NCBI GenBank assembly: GCA_937920115.1
Contig: CALGVF010000082.1
Coordinates: 9,733 to 73,732, forward strand
Length of the DNA stretch: 64,000 nucleotides
Direction of reading: 5' to 3'
Source of the DNA: an uncultured Clostridia bacterium
GTDB lineage: Bacteria; Bacillota; Clostridia; Christensenellales; Borkfalkiaceae
A model generated the notes under the pieces. That model had not been told where the DNA came from. It saw only the letters and a list, made by a program, of their open reading frames with translations, and made no database searches. Shown here one piece after another: positions 60,401 through 64,000 of this stretch; the stretch's first letter is position 1; each line of letters starts with the position of its first letter. The position numbers and the translations under genes were made by a program.

Positions 60401-62263
60401 GACAGCAAAGATTTGGTCGAAGCGCATATAATCAAGTGGGACTCGTATATTAACGCTTTTGTAGATAGCGGTGTGAAAGTTTCGGATCTCGCCAAATCGT
60501 CTGTATTCGATTTAAAGCATTCCAAAATTCAAAACACCGACTTAAACGGCAATAAAGAAGATAGTTGGGGTACGGAAGAAGCAGACACAGACCTGACTAT
60601 CTATTCTAAATCGTTTTATCTTAAAGACGGCGAACAGACCGAAAAATATACAGGCGTAACGGTCGGCGACGGATATGTGAATGTGGTACATTCGGGAAGC
60701 GCGGGCAACGCAAAGTTCGCAATGCTCGAAAACGAATTCCTGATTACTTCGTCCGACGCTAACGGAAAGACCGTAACTGTAGAGATTACTCCCGACGGCG
60801 CAACAATCGACGATTACGATATTATGACGAGCAAAGGCGGTACGTTTATCGCACGTCCGAAAGTTCAGGAAAACGGCGAAGCGGTGTCCGTCGCGCTTAT
60901 AAAAGATATCGCAAACTTCCTTGCAAAACAGAGCCTCGGCGATAATTATTCGTGTGTTATCACGAACGAGAACGGCGCGTTCAAAATCGAAATAACGAAG
61001 AGCGGCGAACAGTCCGCAACGCACAGTTTTGGTGTCAGCAAGGACGGCGTAACGGTCGATAACGAGAATATCCCGACTGCGGGTAAACTCAACAAACTTC
61101 TCGCTCAAATCGACGAAAATATTATTATCAATCCCGATAAAACGTATTTGCTGTTCGGCGGTACGACCTTTACCGCTCCGCAAGTCGCATACGATATCGA
61201 TTTCGGCGACGGAACGATTTACGATAAGCAGAACGCGATAAACCACACCTACACTGACGGATTTGATTATCATATCATAACGATTTCGACGGGTTCGGCT
61301 ACAACATTCAGCCTCGGAGCGAATTCGACTACTTTGGGTTCGGACGCTTCGTTCAGAATCGTACATTTTGCCGAGGGCTTGACGAATATCCAAACGTTCG
61401 GCGAAAACGTAAAAACCGAAGTCGCGATATTCCCGTCGACCGCAACGGCAATCGGCTCGAACGTTTTGAATAAAATCGACCTTGTTTATATCAATGCGGA
61501 TTTACCCCCGACGAGAGGCTCTGCAAGTCTTGAGGAAGCAAAGAAAATCTTTGTTAAGAGAACTGCGAACACGATATACAAAAACGCTCAGGATTGGCTG
61601 TTATTGGCTAATAATATCGTTCACGAAATCGATAGTTCGGATATTATCGGAGCGGGGCTGTCCGACGAAGATATTGCACGCTCGGTTACGTTATCGAATC
61701 CGTCGTCGGCGACAAACGGAACGCTGACCGAATTGGAACTCTCGACATTGCTTGCAAGTAATCTGAATTTTATTGTATTTAACAACGAGATTTATTATCT
61801 TGCCGACAAAGGACACACCGAGGGAATCGTAAGTTACACGCACAACGGTTGGAACGGTACGGCGATTCAGGATAAAAGCATAAATATAACGCTGTCTACT
61901 CGTGCGTGGACTTTGGTAACGGGTTCGACCGATATTAAAGCGTTTATCCATAATATTTACATAAAAGGTACGGACGATAGCGGAAACACTGTTTGCGAGA
62001 TTCGACTTAATCGGTTGTCAGCAGGAGCAACGAAAGTCACGAGTATTTCGGGCTTGGCTTCGTTAATCGATAATAACGAAATTGTCGAGGCTTCGGGATA
62101 TAGACTTGTAAACGGGAATTACTATACTATTCCGTGGATAAAGAATAACAGTATGTTTGTTATCCCTGCGGCGACTTCGATAGCAAATCCGTCGTGGTAC
62201 GGATTCGGTTCGATAACCTGCACAGTCGAAGATACGGTCGATATGTTCAATTTCGCAAAATAA
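57455..62263 (+). CDS. Tail fibre / receptor-binding protein, 1602 aa, with three PKD-like + BspA-type LRR modules
   Basis: Three (I/D)DFGDG...H.Y...G.Y motifs, each followed by LRR_5-like repeats. Has the fibre motif VGLDKVDNTSDLDKPISKATQAAL. Confidence 0.7.
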   Translation: MFLYFDKSLTLKTKIDHGERPRQGSDLNITVCLDADFWKDTEKWGVNGNDLWIIKLVLTVPDKTQSIPFASDKGELRVFEKLYESEIVYDLVPGTSYYMYDFQIPAKVATEQFGKLKASFSFKRSISTDDYVKLASADQWNNNYSSVILKADEVGISYNVAGSEYKKMVGDGKTTASNLIKTPIAYGKNEPTSLTDTSSGYYYEINQQSVWIYGNVEYYDSITNSTQTIPQWIRALQFNPNVDVSMKNDETQALGTAEITVEKTVGYAQKVIDQLISIKYEDIMREFTKVYAAINIAGTRPDWTEDNTNSPAFILNKPDIEKMHAELEAKLNDNLIQAALISPENTYIVWKGESFPGADVSGFKAKAGFKIDFGDGEHTSFDKASDNIVTHSYKDGIDYHLISVNTLYADMFKDCSSVISVIIGNNVKSVLENTFYNCSALKKVIISNFVTRIYPFAFEACIGLEEITFGKNISIIGNQAFVSCHALSEIKLGSQVTSISDGAFADNRVFKTVYIETTTPPTIGTGVFPTNIDKIFVPESAYEAYKTAWSAYADKIVYKVDNSHLTSKVDKLDSDSTDLTENSDVKVYAQTADKEGYVNASEANKEHTIVKRGANKEIKIGDAIQADEATSLGQLNIAKDDLNNNIAIDPNKTYILFVGKTIDISCGSSFSNYQIDMGDGAVYPKDTTVDGTPIHHIYAKDRAHLIAISGTAPNDTFDLAFSGTGNLYRVIQFADGIKKIGNVIGETAVRVCVLPETLEEITAENTFAKAKVVYCPATNPPTIATGVFADSEKIFVKTSANTQYVEAWGSLSEKIVSEVDSSDLEDLKGIGTRLVQHISNINNPHKVTKEQVGLDKVDNTSDLDKPISKATQAALDQKIGAGGGAIVGDMTIQGNLTVQGTATYENVQSLNVKDAIIVTNIDGEPLGAALSGLAIKKNSSKVYGLMYDPTDDTVKFGEGVLDAENKHFTFSEYEGKPIATRADSKDLVEAHIIKWDSYINAFVDSGVKVSDLAKSSVFDLKHSKIQNTDLNGNKEDSWGTEEADTDLTIYSKSFYLKDGEQTEKYTGVTVGDGYVNVVHSGSAGNAKFAMLENEFLITSSDANGKTVTVEITPDGATIDDYDIMTSKGGTFIARPKVQENGEAVSVALIKDIANFLAKQSLGDNYSCVITNENGAFKIEITKSGEQSATHSFGVSKDGVTVDNENIPTAGKLNKLLAQIDENIIINPDKTYLLFGGTTFTAPQVAYDIDFGDGTIYDKQNAINHTYTDGFDYHIITISTGSATTFSLGANSTTLGSDASFRIVHFAEGLTNIQTFGENVKTEVAIFPSTATAIGSNVLNKIDLVYINADLPPTRGSASLEEAKKIFVKRTANTIYKNAQDWLLLANNIVHEIDSSDIIGAGLSDEDIARSVTLSNPSSATNGTLTELELSTLLASNLNFIVFNNEIYYLADKGHTEGIVSYTHNGWNGTAIQDKSINITLSTRAWTLVTGSTDIKAFIHNIYIKGTDDSGNTVCEIRLNRLSAGATKVTSISGLASLIDNNEIVEASGYRLVNGNYYTIPWIKNNSMFVIPAATSIANPSWYGFGSITCTVEDTVDMFNFAK

Positions 62264-62324
62264 TATTATATCAATGTGTTGATTTTTAGATATTTTTGTT
62301 GTAAAATAGACATAGGAGAAGATA

Positions 62325-62486
62325 ATGCATCCTTATAGAAAATTATTGATAAAAGCAAGTTTGGTCGAGGCTGTCGGTATCGGCGACCTCGTGCTGTCTT
62401 GCAAAGACGGTATAGTTACGCTGAATCCGAACGGACGCGGCTTTAAAATCTCGGTATCGAACGGAATCGTTACGTTATTGACTTAA
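62325..62486 (+). CDS. Small protein (53 aa), tentative
   Basis: ATG with RBS aggagaag. Below the track cutoff. Confidence 0.4.
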   Translation: MHPYRKLLIKASLVEAVGIGDLVLSCKDGIVTLNPNGRGFKISVSNGIVTLLT

Positions 62487-62498
62487 CGGGGTGAATTT

Positions 62499-63962
62499 AT
62501 GAGCGGAAAGAATTTAAAAATCGACGGAAAAGTCTGCCCGAATGTAACCGTAATAAAAGCACTCGACACCGACGAAAATAAGTTGGTTGAGTTTGTGGAC
62601 ACTTCGGACGCGGACGCGACTTCGAGTGACATTATAACGGGCAAAACGGCGTATGTCGACGGAAAGAAAGTTATCGGCGAGGCGACTGCGGGCATAGACA
62701 CCTCAGACGCTACAGCCGTTGCTGCCGATATCCGTTTGGGAAAGACAGCATATGCGAAAGACGCGAAACTCACGGGAACGATAGAAGATTACGACGGTGC
62801 GGCAAGTCAGGGTTCGGGAAATTATACGGTAAAAGTAATTGACTATGACGGTACTGTATTAATGGAGAAAAGGGGTAATACGGGCGACGTAATCGAATTG
62901 CCCGAAGCCCCGACACACGATAGGCTTGTTTTCCAAAAATGGAGTGCAAGCCGAACTGTAACCGATAACAAAGTTACAATCGGTAACGACAACGTAATGG
63001 TCGGAGCAACCTATACGACTGCAAGCGGACAAAGCGAGTTTGATATAACGGTTACAAAAGCGACGGGCTTAACTGTTACGTTTAATGCGAGCGGGGTGAA
63101 AGATTGGGGTGACGGAACAAGCGATAGCGAAACTTCTCATACTTATACTGCTTACGGCGATTATATGATAAAATGGGTGGGGAGTAGTATTCCGAGTAGT
63201 TTATTTGGTAGCGGTATAACGTATTTTTTAACTTTTGCAAGATTAGCGGGTATAACGAGTATTAGCCGTTATGCGTTTCAAAATTGTTATTCTCTAACAA
63301 GTATAACAATACCCGAGGGAGTAACGAGTATATTTAATAGTACGTTTAATAGTTGTTACTCTTTAGTAAGTATAACAATACCCGAGGGAGTAACGAGTAT
63401 ATTGGATGATGCGTTTAATAGTTGTTATTCTCTAACAAGTATAACAATACCCGAGGGAGTAACGAGTATTAGCCGTTATGCGTTTCAAAATTGTTATTCT
63501 CTAACAAGTATAACAATACCCGAGGGAGTAACGAGTATTGCCGGTTTTGCGTTTTATAGTTGTTACTCTTTAGTAAGTATAATAATATCTGATGGAGTAA
63601 CGAGTATATTGGATAATGCGTTTAATAGTTGTTACTCTTTAGTAAGTATAACAATACCCGAGGGAGTAACGAGTATTAGCAGTTATGCGTTTCAAAATTG
63701 TTATTCTCTAACAAGTATAACAATACCCGAGGGAGTAACGAGTATATTTAATAGTACGTTTCAGCGATGTTATTCAATAATAAAATATGATTTTTCGCAA
63801 GCAACAGCCGTACCCACTTTAAATAATGTTAATGCGTTTGAGGGTATAAACAAAATATGCAAAATAATAGTCCCCGACAATTTATACGACCAATGGATAG
63901 CGGCGACAAATTGGTCTACATATGCCGATTACATTTATAAAGCGAGTGAGGTGAGCGAATGA
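62499..63962 (+). CDS. BspA-type leucine-rich-repeat receptor-binding protein
   Basis: 487 aa. N-terminal GKTAYV.G.K..G repeats, PKD-like DWGDGTSDSETSHTYTAYGDY, then about 7.5 units of 23-aa LRRs (AFQNCYSLTSITIPEGVTSI). Confidence 0.75.
   Translation: MSGKNLKIDGKVCPNVTVIKALDTDENKLVEFVDTSDADATSSDIITGKTAYVDGKKVIGEATAGIDTSDATAVAADIRLGKTAYAKDAKLTGTIEDYDGAASQGSGNYTVKVIDYDGTVLMEKRGNTGDVIELPEAPTHDRLVFQKWSASRTVTDNKVTIGNDNVMVGATYTTASGQSEFDITVTKATGLTVTFNASGVKDWGDGTSDSETSHTYTAYGDYMIKWVGSSIPSSLFGSGITYFLTFARLAGITSISRYAFQNCYSLTSITIPEGVTSIFNSTFNSCYSLVSITIPEGVTSILDDAFNSCYSLTSITIPEGVTSISRYAFQNCYSLTSITIPEGVTSIAGFAFYSCYSLVSIIISDGVTSILDNAFNSCYSLVSITIPEGVTSISSYAFQNCYSLTSITIPEGVTSIFNSTFQRCYSIIKYDFSQATAVPTLNNVNAFEGINKICKIIVPDNLYDQWIAATNWSTYADYIYKASEVSE
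63247..63790 (+). repeat. Tandem 69-bp LRR coding repeats with 207-bp higher-order periodicity
   Basis: A 78-nt exact duplicate at 63255-63332 and 63462-63539. The units are near-identical at the DNA level. Confidence 0.85.
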
Positions 63963-64000
63963 TAGTAGAAGAAGTATTTTCGGAAAATCACGTTCGGAGA
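63960..64000 (+). CDS. 5' end of next gene (partial)
   Basis: ATG at 63960 overlaps the upstream TGA. RBS gaggtgag. Runs off the window. Confidence 0.4.

Noticed and set aside
57455-63962. Diversity-generating retroelement targeting the PKD/LRR fibre genes
   Set aside because: No reverse transcriptase ORF and no template/variable repeat pair with adenine-specific differences was seen in the window. The repeats are ordinary tandem or paralogous duplications.

Overview
This 64-kb window is part of a tailed dsDNA phage genome. Its expression signals look Firmicutes/Clostridia-like: AGGAG-type RBSs, TTGACA-17 nt-TATAAT promoters, and hairpin plus T-run terminators. I saw no rRNA, CRISPR array, integrase or cellular housekeeping genes.

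Layout:
- 0.07-2.5 kb: small membrane or structural-like genes.
- 2.6-11.8 kb: replication/recombination module. It holds two XRE regulators, a Cas4-like PD-(D/E)XK nuclease, a DUF669-like SSB, a prim-pol/D5 primase-helicase, an Hjc-like resolvase and an SF2 helicase, and ends with the large terminase.
- 11.8-25.3 kb: about 45 small, mostly unknown genes. These include an intact TnpB-only IS with its omega-RNA region (13.6-14.9 kb), an NrdR-like zinc ribbon, DUF3310, a C5-methyltransferase-like protein lacking the SAM-binding motifs, an MT-A70 methylase and lipoproteins.
- 25.3-30.2 kb: a compositionally distinct block. It holds DNA-binding regulators (a sigma-region-4 + alpha-CTD-like fusion and an AP2 protein), a 1.1-kb AT-rich non-coding region and a small-terminase-like gene.
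- 30.7-33.2 kb: portal and minor head protein.
- 33.4-38.8 kb: a leftward array of six promoter-gene(s)-terminator cassettes.
- 38.7-39.7 kb: a second ~1-kb AT-rich non-coding region, paralogous to the first.
- 39.7-42.3 kb: scaffold, acidic protein and major capsid protein.
- 42.4-43.2 kb: a self-contained non-coding unit with a ~620-nt structured RNA and an initiator-like tRNA-Met.
- 43.3-47.9 kb: candidate internal head proteins, including an ADP-ribosyltransferase, an ADP-ribosylglycohydrolase and an encapsulated-ferritin-like protein.
- 48-64 kb: membrane proteins and tail/fibre genes with PKD-like and BspA-type LRR modules.

Most interesting leads:
1. The large structured RNA + tRNA unit inside the head module.
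2. The EncFtn-like half-ferritin, together with a C-terminal (K/R)(M/I)FG(L/I) motif shared with the scaffold. This suggests encapsulin-style cargo loading into a phage capsid.
3. The repeated-promoter leftward cassette array and its conserved GC box.
4. The two paralogous AT-rich control regions with inverted TTAGGCAGTTT iterons.

All functional calls come from motif recognition by eye and need HMM or structure confirmation.
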